From positions 23,250,001 through 23,314,000 of the forward strand of contig OZ116708.1 in NCBI GenBank assembly GCA_964199315.1: a DNA stretch of 64,000 nucleotides. Direction: 5' to 3'. Made by a program: the position numbers and the translations under genes. The notes beneath the pieces were generated by a model. The model saw only the letters and a program-made list of their open reading frames with translations, had not been told where the DNA came from and searched no databases. The DNA is from Orbicella franksi (lineage: Eukaryota). This document shows positions 39,778 through 53,594 of this stretch, piece after piece (position 1 is the first letter of the stretch; each line of letters starts with the position of its first letter).

Positions 39778-41079
39778 GTACAGTTGAATATTATTGGCCT
39801 TTTAATGCTTCTTTTCACTTAAATGCAATTTTTGTCACTTTGCGCTTGAAAACATTGCCATTTCGAATTTCGTGACATTTTCGCTGTCGTACGCGAGCAA
39901 TCGAAGCAGTGCTGGCAACACGCAAATCGAACTTGTGATCCATTTACCGCGATTTTTTGAGCTGAGTTTGAATCCTTGCTGTCAAGTTTGCGAAATTCTA
40001 ATTTTCCAATAAGTTCGCTTTCGTTCACGTTCTTGAGAAGCAAATTTATTTTGAAAGCAGTGGATTCGTTGCCTTAACAATCTACAGCTCTGTACATACA
40101 AGAAATGCAGTCACGTTCATTTTATCTAAGCCGTTAATTTTACACCACAAAAATCGGCGAAAAATCGCAGAATTCGAGATCGGCTTAAATGTAAGTTTGA
40201 AACAACGAGACAGAACTTTAGCCTTTGCAAAAATTACGAGAGATTGCCGGATTTGTTAGTCCTGAGGAAATTTCTTTGCAAATCCGTGAAAAATGAAAAT
40301 CATTCTCTTTACGTGAGCTTCCGGCCGTTTAAGAAAATTTCTTGGTGATATTAGGAAGACTTGAGCAAACTTTTGCGTTTCTTCGATAGCGGAAGTCTTA
40401 ACGGTGATTGAAAACTGGCAGGGGGCGAAAATTTGACCCTGTTGAAGCAGTTTGTTATCAAGACCTAAAACATACAATTCTTAGAAAGGTTTCTTTCATG
40501 GTAATTGGCCAAGGATTTGAAGAAAATATCAGCAGGTGATATAGAAAATATAAATAGTAGTCAAACTTCGTCAACTTTACTCATAGAGTTGCTCCTAAGA
40601 AATTTTTAATCTATTTGTTTTATTCGCTATTGGAAATTGATGATTTCTATGTCCAGTAGTAAAGTCCGCAGCTTTCGTCTTTCGGATAGCTTTTTATTTA
40701 CAGCGAAAACCTTTGGACAAAAGTTGTCGGCCAAGGTTTTATTCCGTTTACATCTGGTCGAAGCAAACAAACGCGCGCGCGCCAGTAAGATTCCTGTGGC
40801 GCTTAAGGTGAAGAAGGAGGTCATTAGACTTCCTTCCGCTCTTGTCCGATAGACAAAAGCATATTTTCACGGGAATAAGAGCACACACTAATCCGCGTGC
40901 TGTACTCGTGAAAAAGCTCAACAGTGGCAAATATTTTGCGGAATTAGCGAAGGTTTAAGTCCATTGAAACGTACCAGAAAGTATCATTGCGACAGTTGCA
41001 TATTTCCTAATTATTTCGTGTCCTCTTGGTTACAGAAAAGAAGACTAACTTATAGCAAGTACAAGTTCTAAAAAGCATC

Positions 41080-42582
41080 ATGTCTTTTGGTAAGTAGATA
41101 CCTAATTTTCCTAGATGCGTGGAAAACTGAGGCCAGAGGAACAGAGAAATAAAAACAAACTACTCCAAGTGCTCCGAGTTTCACGATTTTAAGAAAAATT
41201 CGTGATGAATACCAACCAAAAATTCAGGAAATATATCATTGAAGTCACGGACTTGTTCTTCTCGCCGAACTCGAATTAACACGCAAAACGTTTAGTTTTG
41301 CTTTCAACAAGGAAAAAAGGCGCCAGCTAGCAGAATTCGCTTTGACTTTTAATTTTAGCGATTGAGTTCGTTTTGTTGCAAAGATGACAATGATATTATT
41401 AGCTTACAGCGGAAGACGATGTCACAAATGATTAGGATAATCTTCTAATTGGCTTTTTCGGTTAGATCTATTAGCAGTTGACGCCAAACAGTTTTATAAT
41501 TGACACCAGCTTTTCCACCAGCCCAAGTGTGAAATCTTGGCAGAAGGAACCTATTTTTGACGTGTTATTTTAATCGAAAATGTATTAAAACGTTCATTTT
41601 TCGTTTATTCACAGAAAGTCTAAGGAAACCCCCAAAAACTGCCATCCATCTCTGGGAGTTTTTACTCAATCTCCTATTGGATGAAAAATGCGATCACATG
41701 ATCTGCTGGACCAATCGCGAAGCAGGAGAGTTCAAATTAAAAAATCAAGAAGAGGTAGCGAGGAGGTGGGGAACTTTGAAACATCGACCAGGCATGAATT
41801 ATGACAAGCTTAGCCGAGCACTGAGATACTACTACCAAAAAGGGATCATTAAAAAGGTATCTAAAATTATGTCATTGTTAGGAAAACTTCTTCATACAAA
41901 TTACAGTTTTGAAAAGAGGGATGTATCACGCAGTTCTTACGAGGTCAAGAACGTGAATTAGAGGGGTAGGGTAGGTAAGCTAAGGCCTTAATTTCCCGCA
42001 AAACAGATCCTTGAAGACTGAAAAATATGACCTTAAGCTAAGAAGGATGTTGCTTTTTTCAAACTAAAATTAGAAAGTCCGTGACTCAAACAACAAAAAA
42101 AAGGAACTAAAATAAGGAAATAAACAGAACTCAAAGTAACACACAGTTCTTTTCTCAAAGCATGTTGGATTTCTTATTGTACAAGTTTGCTCAAAGCAAA
42201 TTATATTTATCTTATTTTATGTTCTTTTCCGTTTCAGGTAAATGGACAAAGACTTGTTTACAAATTTGTGAAACCACCTCTGGCCAAAGAGAGCTCCTCT
42301 TCACAAGACGCCCCATCAAAGGCTCAAACGCCACCATTAGCACCTGCAAAGACAGATGAAGAATCAGGAAAGGACAAGCAGGAACTTCCCACTATACCTT
42401 ACGTGCGAACCAACTCGCTCACACTGCCCCAGACAACGCTGGCCAGCTCTCCGATGGGTTTCCGAATCATTCAAGCCCCATTGGTCAGTCCAAGTCACAT
42501 GACCTACCCAGTTTCTATTTACCCGTATATTGTTCCTTGTGTGATTCCTGCGTGCCGTCAAGTTGGCATCATCAAGTCATAG
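41080..42582 (+). CDS. ETS-domain transcription factor, short (198 aa), ETS domain at N-terminus, no PNT domain; subfamily uncertain (ELK/TCF-like features)
   Basis: join(41080-41089, 41615-41856, 42238-42582). ATG TCT TTT G|gtaagt is phase-compatible with the acceptor ttcacag|AA at 41615, and there is an in-frame TAG upstream of the ATG. Canonical ETS domain IHLWEFLL...WT...EFKL...[33 protein letters not shown]|[11 protein letters not shown], followed by a Ser/Pro-rich tail. Candidate AATAAA at 43447-43452. Confidence 0.92.
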
Positions 42583-45268
42583 AAAAATGAAGTTACAGCT
42601 AGAAATTGCAAGTGTTAATGAGTGAGAAATTAAAATTGAATAGTGTGTGAAGTTTAGCCTTCCTTGAAGGGGAGGGAGGAAGGTCGTGCATCTTTCCCGT
42701 CCCCCTTCCCCTCTATTAAGTTTTCCTTTCTCAGGGGATGAATGATATAGTCCCAAAACTGAAGAAGAGCGAAAAGGGCGGGGGGGGGGAGGTTGTGCAT
42801 CTTAGTCCATCCCCTCCCCCCTACCCTCCGTTTAGTTTTCCTTTCTCATTCTCCTCTTTTCTCCACAGTTGCTTACGGAGAAAGCTTCTAGAAGATGAAA
42901 TCCGAACGATTTTGCTGCCATTTGCATACAGTGTATAATTGCCACCAAAACCAAAAAAAAATTCGCTTTAGCTATGTTAAAGCCGTGTGTGAGAACTTGT
43001 CACAAATTTTCTATCTCATATTTAACAGACTTAACACAAAAACACGTTACGTTCGGGAACTGAATTTCTATATTCTTTGTTCTATAAAGATGTATTGAGG
43101 TTATAAACAATAACTAATACCACAAACTGTACATACTTGAATTGAAAGAGTTCACTAGTGACACAACGAGACAAAGAATGATTTTAAGACTTATAAATGT
43201 TCTACATCATGAGATTATATAGATGTTTTTGCTTGTAACTTATTTAATCTAGGTACAGTAGGAATTAACAAATGTATGACCTCCAATGTACATCAGTGCA
43301 AAAGTTGGGAAGAAGATTAGATTGTATTTTACGCCGGCAGGGAGTGAAAAAAAAAAAAACAATGTATAAATAGAGTTTATTTAGGTGTGAAAATTGAATT
43401 CAATTTTGTACATAACACTGCGAGCACTAGATGTCTATTCAATGTAAATAAACATTAGTAAAAAAATATGTACTTTGCTATGGTGATTGCCTGGGAAAGT
43501 TTTAATTTTGCGCTTGTGTTATTATTCATTTGTTTCTTTTTTTTTGCAAGAAGAGAGTAAAGTTCGCTATCGATGGTATTAATTACAGTACAAAGGGTGA
43601 ATGATGTTTGCTTATATCTAACCCACATTTGAAACCCACATACTCGAAAAGTTACTTACAAATATTTAGCTTTTGGCTTTGATCGGTAACAAAAATCCCG
43701 GTGAAAAATAGATTCAGCTTGCGTGAAGGGACACAAAACAATGATGATTGAACCTGGGCTGACAACGCAAAGAAAAAAACAAACAAACAAAAAAACTGGA
43801 GAGACGTCTATCTCTGAATCTCTAGCTTGTCTCGTGTTTCGGTTTTTTGCGCTGCAGCTTCGCTGCTCGCGCAACTTGTCTCGCGGTTTCACCGCTGGCA
43901 CAACGAGCATGTCGCAGGCTTGTCGATATTTTGAAGTCTGACTGGCTATCGATTTGTGAGGAACAAGATTAAGGCAGAGATTCTAAAATTTACAGGAAAC
44001 TTTCGAAAAGTTACTTTTTCTGGGTAGGATGTATAAACGTGGAGTAAGAATAAGAAATCGAGCCATTTGAGAGAATTTTGCCTGTTAAAAAGACAAAAAA
44101 AAGCTGCAAACTGAAGAAGAAGCTTATTACTACACGGAATTTTGTGCTTTAAGAATATTTGGATTTCCTTTTGGAATTATGTTGCGTATGAAGACAAATT
44201 AGGTGCATGCGGGTATACCACATTAAGGAATTCTCTAAATTGAATGAAGGAAGCACAAAAATCAAGTTCTGTAGTTGTTAAATGTCGCAACCTCACTAGT
44301 CTCTGAGGGTCCTCCAACCAAATTAAACACAAAGCTCGTTTTACAAAAAGAGTTCAACTGTATTTCAAGTTCTAAATATGTAGGATATAATAGAGTTGAT
44401 GTCTTCCTCAAGGCTGGGATTAATTTGCAGCTGTGCGTTGCGTGTTTCCGTCCGGGAAAATTCAACGCAATTAATGATATTGGCTTGTTGATGTCGCGTG
44501 CCAAGGGTGAAAGCGCTAGCTCTCCTTGTTCAACTTCCTTCCGCCATTAACACCTGCTAAATGCAACCACAAACGCGCGTGATCTTGAGAAGCAGCTAGA
44601 AACGAAACATTTCCGCACCAGCAAAACAATAACATCAACAAAAGACCGGTAATGGACAATACCCTGGGATAATGCCCAGCTGCTCACTGAATTGTATTAA
44701 CACTTCGACTTTCCAAAATATATCCTGGTTAAAAGTTTTCAAAACAAATGCGAAAGTTTCGAAGCAACAAATACTGCTTCGAAGCAGCTTTCATCTAAGT
44801 GGAAAGTGACCTAATCAAGTCGAAAAGGCTGTCCACGGTTACAATTCTTGGCGTTCAGTTGGGACTCTATCATGATCATGCTGGTGTCGCGTTAAGTTTT
44901 CTTCGTAGTGCCAGCTTTGGTAAGTTGTTATTCTACATGAAAAAAAGCCTTTGAGGCAATTTAGACAGAGCAATTCAGTAGAATAATAGGAAGTGGTCCA
45001 GATCTGTTATAAAGAGTTATCTACCAACGGAAGGAAATATGGCTCAATTTGATAAACACTCTCTCGGCGCCGAAAAGTTGTCTCCTGTTTTGATCCGATC
45101 AGCGGATAAACATAACTTAAATATGATAAATTTTCTAGATTTTATAACCAAAGGTTTGTTTGTCAGAGAATGCAAATTCTTCCTTGCATAAAAATATAAG
45201 CTGGCTTGCATGCTGTAAAACGTAGTAGTTTTAGTTACTCGTTCATTAGGGTTACTCCCTTTTCACAT

Positions 45269-45752
45269 AGGCCTTTTCATATGAGCCCGGTCAACCGGGT
45301 TGGCTCGGTTTCCGAGATCTGGCCTCGCCACTCGTTCCTTCGTACAAATGTCGATGGGTTCATAGGAGAAGCCGGACTGGCCCGGTTACCGAGATCTCCG
45401 TAACCGGGATGAAAATTTTCTCATATGAACACTCCAGCCTGGGTAACCGGGACGAAACTTTTAAGACAAAATAGCTTCGCTTTCGCAACGTAGCGGCCAA
45501 AATGGCATAATTTTTGTCTTGCATGTATTTCCACTTTAGGAGTATGTGAACTAGCTTTATTAGTAAAGTTACCGAGAGTTCGGCACAAAGCTACGACAGT
45601 CGCGAACGATACAAGTTTTTGTTCAACCATTATGCTTGTGTTTCTTGGATTTCATTCCGGTCGAGCGTGCTGAAATTTCCCATATGAACGGACCAAAAAA
45701 GTCGTCCCGGTAACCGAGCTAGCTCGGTTACCGGGCTCATTTGAAGAGGCCC
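45269..45752 (-). mobile_element. PIF/Harbinger-like MITE, copy A
   Basis: TIR ggcc(t)cttcatatgagcccggt ... accgggctcatttgaagaggccc|TTA. Confidence 0.8.
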
Positions 45753-46187
45753 TTACAAGCACTTGTTAAATCTTCGGATTGATAAAGCATGCCAACCGTT
45801 TATTTTTCATTATTTTCTTGTAATTCTTGAACAGAAATTCAGCGTCTAAGTCAATTTCGTCATAGGCGGAAAATAAAATAGCCGCTCTCTAAATGGGGGT
45901 TTTGTTATTAATGATTATCGGAGTCGCTGAGCTTTGCTGAATACAGTATCAGCTGTGGATGCCTAACGATAAACGGATCAAACGGAAATGATAAATTAGG
46001 TCAAACCCACGAATTTTTTTGTTTTCCATCGCTTTCTCTCTGGTAAGAGCGAGTTAGTCGGTCGATAAAAAGTAATACTAAAATAACAGCGGGTCATTGA
46101 AAAGAAAAGCCATTTTCACTTGTAGCCACTAGGCTCAAAAAGTTGCTTAAAGACCTGGTTATAGACCTGGTTGTGAGGGCTGATTAA

Positions 46188-46666
46188 GGGCCTCTTCATA
46201 TGAGCCCGGTAACCTGGCTGGCTCGGTTACCGGGACGAATTTTGTTGTCTGTTCATATGAGAAATTTCAGCCTGGTCTACCGGGATAAATCCTAGAAACA
46301 CAACCAAAATGGTGGAACATAAACTTGTATCGTTCGCGGTTGTCGCAGCTTTGTGGACTCTTGTAACTTTACTAATAAAGCTAATTCGCCTACTCCTAAA
46401 GTGAAAATACATACAAGGCAAAAATTATGCCATTTTGGCCGCTATGTTGCGAAAGCGAAGCTATTTCGTCTAAAAAGTTTCGTCCCGGTTACCCGGGCTG
46501 GAGTGTTCATATGGGAAAATTTTGATCCCGGTTACCGAGATCTCGGTATCCGGGCCAGCGTGGCTTCAGATATGAACACATCGAAAATTTTACGAAGGAA
46601 AGAGTGGCGAGGCGAGATCTCGGAGACCGAGCCAGCCCGGTTGACCGGGCTCATATGAAGAGGCCC
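46188..46666 (+). mobile_element. PIF/Harbinger-like MITE, copy B (inverted relative to copy A)
   Basis: TAA|gggcctcttcatatgagcccggt ... accgggctcatatgaagaggccc; body is the reverse complement of 45269-45752. Confidence 0.85.
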
Positions 46667-46808
46667 ATATGTCAGTCACTTGAAAATGACTATTTAAGAA
46701 ACCTATTAAACTTGGAAACACCCGAATAATGGAGAAATAATTTCTTAATTCCAAAAAAGAAAAAAAGAGGAAATTTGGGTTTGGCGGACGATGGTAAAAG
46801 AAGCATTA

Positions 46809-47039
46809 GAGAGTTTAAGCATGACGTTTACGGCAGACGGCAAACGGCAAAGATTACCTCTGATTTTTTATTCTTTTCTCGTAATCCTTAAATGAATCAC
46901 ACAAGAATAGAAAAATGTCTCCTACTATTCACCGCAAATACATATATTTTCACTCTACTGTACAGACGGCTGAAGACAGAAGGCAATAGTTTCATTTTTG
47001 CTGTTCGCCTTTTGACGTAACGTCACTGCTTAATCTCTC
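46809..47039. mobile_element. TA-flanked MITE
   Basis: TA|gagagtttaagcatgacgtttac ... gtaacgtcactgcttaatctctc|TA. Confidence 0.7.
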
Positions 47040-50000
47040 TATTCATGGAGATGGCCTTCAAACCACAACAAACATGCTTAAACGCAGCTTGGGTTAACAA
47101 AATACCAGCCCTGACTGATGAAAAATTCAGGACAATATTTCTTACTATTTTTTTCCATTTCTATTTCGACACAGCTGAGGACGAACCTAACTTAAACTTG
47201 CAAAGTTACATATGGAATCGCAAAGGTCATGTACTCGAATTTTTTTGGTTTCCTCTTCAAGTACTTAAGTTAAAGGTAACTAGGGAAATCTCAGTCATTT
47301 TGGCTTTTTCCCTGTAAAAAATTATCAACGCACAGATATTTTTGTTTTGTACGTATACTTTCAATTATTTTGAACCGTCCTCGTAGCGTAGTAATAACAG
47401 CTGTACCAGAACATGTTATTTAAAGACATGCTTTACTTCCATGGATTTCAAGACTATGACAAACAGTGTCTATGGGCATTTGCCTATCCTGTATGTAAAA
47501 AAAGCAAATACAATAGATTTGTAGCCGGATGTGTGTTTTAGTTCCTGTTCCTGTGTTTTGACGGAGTTGAATCACGTCCAGGAAACACTCATTTCGCAAG
47601 ACCGAACCGTTGCCACGAAACGTCACGCCTTCAATTATAAGTACCTCGATCGAAACATCAGCTCTCCTAACCTTATGCCTCTAATTCTTTTTAATGATAG
47701 TTCGGAGAGTTTGGTAATACATCACGACAATAATGATTTGATATTCTCCTTACCTGCACCTGTTAGCTTGGTTATTGTCAGAAACGCAAAATTGGATTTC
47801 AAACTCATCGAACCACAACCCGAATTTGCACACATTTTGCTCCAAGTGACGATTCCATAACAAGCGTTGAATACTAGTGAGGAAAGCGGAAAATTCGCTG
47901 AGGTAGGCATTTCTGAGCGTTGAAACAAGCTATAGCAACTAGCGTGACTCTAGTTGTAAGCACCTGACGTTTTTACAGTGAGCTATCTGCATTCTCAGAG
48001 TGTCGATTCGTGTAAAGTTCTTTCCAGTCTTAGGGATTGGAGGATCTCGTTTCAGGTAAAGTTGTCATTTAAAATTCCTGATTCTGTCGCATAAAGTGGC
48101 TAGGAATATTTTACCTCCCATTGGATGGGATGCTGGTCCATCGAAGCCCCCTTCCAAAATTATGTTAGGTAGACTTGCCACAAGGCGACCTTCGCTTAAT
48201 CATCCTCCTCGAGCGAAGCGAGAAGGCGCTCTTGATACGCCTGAGTGATGAAGTCGCGAAAGATAACAAACAGGCCAGAGAAGTTACACTGGAAAGGACT
48301 TACACAAAATCTATACATGTTAGGTTGCTCTGACAAATCATCGGTACGCATTTATACCCATGGCTGGAGAGAAGTACAGTTCATGTTAAAGTACAAAGTG
48401 AACAGTATCTTGCCCACAACAATACAATACTTCTATATGAAAGCTTGAACGATCAGCGCACGTTTCCTCCATGATTTGCAATTAATTTTTCTGGCAAGAA
48501 ATCTTGACTTGCTACGAGAACTCTCGGGAGAGGTTCGAATGTTTAAGCCATGACCACGACCGCCCATAAACTATGTGAGTAATTAGCTGTATTATTAGTC
48601 GGACAATTTTTTAATTGAATCATATCACAGAATGTTCTCTTTCTCTATCTTTTCTTGCCCGCGGCTAAGTAAACTGTAACAAGCGTTTAATAATATGACT
48701 GAAATTAATTTCGCGGATGACGAGTTATTGTTTCAAAAGCCTGAATATTTTCCCTTCTCTAATTGCAATTGCAAAATTGCAAAGGAAACTAATTAACTGC
48801 GGGGGTCAATTTTTCGCTTCAAAAATAATGATTTTGCTTGAAGATAAGTTTTGTTAGAGAATCTTTAGAGAGCTGCATGTTTTTTTTAGAATCTTCAGAA
48901 CGAGTTATGATTAAAATTAAATAGTAGTGTCTGTAAAATCTTAAGGATAATGTCCCTCGATGTAAAGAATAAAAACTTTATGAAGTCAGAATTAATCATT
49001 TCAAATTAATTAAAGAATTCTTTTACTGTTAGATGTTTGCAAGTTTTACATGTAAGACATACAAGCAAAACCCTGTGAAACATGCAAAAAGGATAATTAC
49101 ACAGAAATTCAATAATGAAATATACCAACTGAAATAGTAATATAAAATAAATGATAATAATAATGTTTACTAAACAAACGCCATTAAAGTAAGAATAACA
49201 ATAACAATAGTGAGTTTGATTCAATTTAGAAGTCTACCTTTTAACGCACTGATGTTCCATTAAATGGATTGTATGTAATTTTATGCAGTCGACCCCTCTT
49301 TTGCTCACTGTCAAAAAAAAAATTCACCCTGTATTTTCCGAACATACCGACTGCTTGAACCAATTTCTGTTCATGACCCTCGTTGGTTTGAAAAATCATG
49401 ATTCGACTGTGTTTCAAATCATTTTTGACATGATGTATATGAAGAGGTCTCAATCATGACCGCGAAATTTACTTTTTTTTGTGACAGTTTTTGTAAGCGA
49501 TCTTTAAGAACAATTAAAAGGAAACTCCCTGCCATAAATTCAGTTGACATTTATATGAGCGGTGCGTAAGCATAAAGTTCTGCAAGCATTGCGGGCGAAT
49601 ACCGGATATAGATGAGGCCAGTTTACCTCGAGAATCGACGACTGGATAATCTGTCTAAGCCGACCATATAAAAGTACTCAGCCCTTCGGATAAAAGTCAA
49701 TAGCACGCTCTATTTAAACCTATACGATAACAAAAGGGTATGATACGGTCATGCTGAAACAAATCATATAGGTAATAGACGATTAAAAAATGTGAACAAG
49801 GTATTACTATTCAGTGAAGCAAGGTAATAAAGAAGTCAAACGAGAAATCCAAACAATAATAAAACACTTTTTAGAGATCAAGCAAAAATCCCATTGAAAC
49901 GTAATCTTAATTAAGTGTAGTTAGACCATAGCTAAAAATATTCTTCTTTCTGTTAAAGAATTCGGCTGACAATTACGTTCATAGCATTAAGTGTCGAAAT

Positions 50001-51712
50001 CGGGTTATATGAAATTGAGACTGGCAAATTATTTTTGTACTGCAAGGCAAAACGTTAAGGCACGTTGAGTTCAGAGCAGATCGGAAATGGCTGATATTGG
50101 GTGAGGCCACCTACGTGTAATTTCCGTCATCTTCTTGAAAGAGCTTCAAAGCATTTCATTACGCTAACCAATTGGCTGACGCCTTTTTCCAGCGCATTTT
50201 TTCGACTGGGCCTGAAAAGCTTATTTATACGGACAGCCCTCTCTGAGGTGTAGTATAAGCACACGAGAATCAAACTGTTTTGAACTCACTGGACAAAGGT
50301 AAGTAGCCATACGGTTTGTTCACAGATCTAGGTAAGATTTAATTCTGTCGATATACAAGTTTTAGCTTATTTTATGCTAGATAATGCTCTCGATGTGTAA
50401 TTCTTTTGCCTTTGCTGCCAAGAGTTCCGAACATTAAATTGCGCTCGAAGCACCGCGATCAAAAAATCGTGCGAGACCCGGGTTGGAAAGGCCTTGGAAA
50501 GGCTTCCAAGACCGGACTAAGTACATTGGTTCAGAGCGTGAACACTTGAACACTTGAACACTCCGAAGACTGAGAAATTAAACGGCAGGCTAAGTGAACT
50601 TTCAGCTTAAGAATATTCGTAGTTTGTATCATTAGAAATCTCATAAATTATTCTTGAAAACTCAGTCAATCATTGAAAAAACTAGCTACAATGTAACGCA
50701 CGCGATTGGCAAATTTAGTGCACAATTACTTGTCTAAGTTCAATGAACTTATGACTTTTAGCTTATAAACCGCGGTATGAGACATCTTTTCTTTGCTCCG
50801 ATGTGCACCTCAGCTGAAGCGTCATGGAAATTTCTTCATTGAAAGTACGATGGCCTAAACAATTTTGACTCAGTCCAGATCGAACGCTGTGCATGCAGGG
50901 CCAGTGCGTTGTATTCTTATGCAAGACCCCTTACTCCTTCTATATGATGTCTCTCTCCTAGAAATTCAAACGGGTACACGGGAACCGTTATCACGCAACC
51001 TGCTACATGCCAAGAAGTTAAACGTTTCCCCGTTTATAATTAGCCACTAGGCTCCGAAAAGGCGCTATATTTCTATTTTACGAACACTGTAGCCTCCGTC
51101 GGATCAAATACTTTCAGTGGTGTAGTTTTGCGGCTCTCGAAGCGAACCATTTCTATTTTCTTGCTTGCTTTTGTCTAGTGCATGTAAGAGTTTCTACTGT
51201 TTGGCCACTAGATTCACTTAGGGCGTCTTTAGACCTCCGAAAACGGAGGAAGGAAGTGAGAGAGGAAAAAAAAAATAAACCGAGTGTGCATTACCGGCAA
51301 CTTTTTGAAAAAGTATTTTACATCTGAAGTACAAGTATGTATTCAAAGGTGTTAGGTCGTCCATGTAGATAAAAGCAAAGTTTTTCAGTACAGCGCTGCA
51401 AATATGGATGTTTTAAGACGTTTTCTATATTAAGCGAATTCGAGGCTACCGGGCTTGCATAGGGTTCACCATTAGCAAACTTAACTGACGTTTTTGCCAT
51501 TTTGCACTCTGTTTAATTTCCAAGTGAGTGATCCACATCTGTTTTCTCTTTGCAATGTTAGTACTTTGCAAAAGCAGACAGATGATTAGAAATAAATAAG
51601 GCATCTTCAAGTGAACATTGTCTTGGTGCACTACCAGATTCTTACAAGAATCATAACAAGAAACAAGCGGTAGTCAGAATGGAGGATTCATTCGGTGATG
51701 TTGTTTCCTTAA

Positions 51713-52018
51713 AGGTCCGCACACAGGAAGGGACTAGTTCCTGCGACTAATCCCTGCAACAAGTCGCGGAGAAAGGTCCCATCTTGTGAACTAGCCATTT
51801 TTACCACAAAATCAGGGACCAAATTTTAGTCCCTACGACTAGTCCTACGAATTCAAACTGGTTTGAATTTTTGGGACAAGTCCCTGCGACTTGTTCCTCA
51901 AAACGCTTCGTGTAAACTGTTCGTTCTGTCCCTGTGACCAGTCCCTTCGTGTAAACTCTTCAGGGGACTAGTTGCAGGGACTAGTCGCAAAGATTAGTTC
52001 CCTCGTGTATGCTGACCT
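51713..52018. mobile_element. PIF/Harbinger-like MITE with GGGACTAGT sub-repeats
   Basis: TAA|aggtccgcacac ... gtgtatgctgacct|TAA. Confidence 0.75.
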
Positions 52019-52065
52019 TAAAGGTTTATTTTTTTTGCAAAGAGCATTGTTCAATCTACGTATGC

Positions 52066-52405
52066 AACACGCGACGCAAGCATTAGCATAATCATAAAAA
52101 TATCAAACCTTGCGTTCTTCTTACGCTTATCATTATATGCTTATGTCACTGTTATGTCCAGTGGGGACATGTTGGTATAAGTTTAAACATAAGTTTCAGC
52201 AACATGGGTGAAAGACTTTCAGCCAATCAGCTAACACATTTTGCTTATGCCGACCATGTCCTCAGAGGAAATAACAGCGACACAAGCAGTAGCGGAAGCA
52301 GAAAGCTTAAATGCTTCTGCTTAAGTCGCAGCTGTCCCAACCAGCGCATAAACGTCTTATGTTTATGCTTATGCTTATGCTTGCGTCGCACGTGAGGACC
52401 GGCCT
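52066..52405. mobile_element. Harbinger-like MITE with (GCATAA)n subterminal repeats, left end eroded
   Basis: gcgacgcaagcattagcataa versus ttatgcttatgcttgcgtcgcacgtgaggaccggcct|TAA. Confidence 0.6.
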
Positions 52406-53594
52406 TAAGGCAGTGAAAACTGAGTCTTTTCTATCTATCAGACTCTACTCTACAAAGTGCAAATAACGCATGAAACGAGTTCAAACATCAAAATAGCATT
52501 GATTTCGTTTTCTAGCGCAAGGCAACACAGCTTATCTGTACCTTCATATAAGTTGAGATTGCTCGATGGCGCCAGGAACGGTTTAAAGTCAGGATTTAGA
52601 GAGAGAAAACGTTGAATAAGAAATCGATACTCTGGATCTCTCATTAGACATTTTGCATTATACTTGATATACGTTTTGACTCCGCGAGACTCGTAAAAAT
52701 ATTCGAACCCCTCACACACTAAAATGTGTATTGTGGCATATTTTTCGCGCAAGTTACTATCATGGACAAAACCCTTCTTTAGCCCGTGTTAGTGCATCTT
52801 AAGATAAGAGAGCTACAGAAAGACAGTTACCTCTACAAACCTAACGATCTCAGAGCACTCCTTTGTCTAAGCTACATATGTACGTGTATCCTCAAAGGGT
52901 AGGGTTTTTGAGCTCTCTTGGTGTGAAAATAGGTATAGATTTTGACCATTGTAGTCTGAAATTGAGTATGTATGTTCTTCACACTTGTGTGACCGAGTTG
53001 TTTTTCGTAATTAATATAGTTTAATACTAGTCATCTCTTTTGAAGTGTGGTCTGGTCTGAAATAGAGCATTGAATTTGGGTTAGATATGAAATACGATAG
53101 GAAAATTGCATACTTTGATCGTCTGAAATAGAGTAAGATTTCCTGAAGAATTGCGCCGCGCATCCCCACCCAAATTTCGGAATAGCTTCGTCAGGTCTCA
53201 GTGAATTAATAGAACACGTACGATTAATTTGTGGATTCACCAGGAAGGAAATACCTTATCGCAGATAAACTGAGACTGAAAGTGATTTTTGCTTCGTCAT
53301 ATTCTGAGCACCGAATGAAACTAACTTGGGCATGGTTGTACGTGTTTCCGGCTTTGATAACAAGAGCACAAGAGCCTGAGAAACTTGATAAATAAATGAT
53401 GCAAGACCGGACGTTTAACGGAAATATAGCACGCTTCACGTCACGCCCGCATGAGAAGTCCAAATATCATAGAGCTTTAAAACGGTACCTACAAAAACGG
53501 CTCATGAAGCCTTTGGAGAGTTTGCAAACGGTTCCGCGAAGCTATATAGGGAAGTATATTTTCAGAATCAGTCTTGAGAGGTAACTAAAGTGAT

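Noticed and set aside
41857-41961. Read-through extension of the ETS exon; intron start GTATCT as a possible U12 site
   Set aside because: The ETS domain completes only by splicing to 42238, and the site does not match the U12 consensus GTATCCTT.
47045-47928. Cluster of 68-109 aa ORFs and scattered splice-like sites
   Set aside because: No consistent exon chain or homology found.
51318-51631. Hydrophobic MPYLFLIICLLLQSTNIA segment suggesting a secreted peptide or pseudogene
   Set aside because: Overlapping short frames with no recognisable domain or repeated neuropeptide cleavage pattern; cannot be supported.
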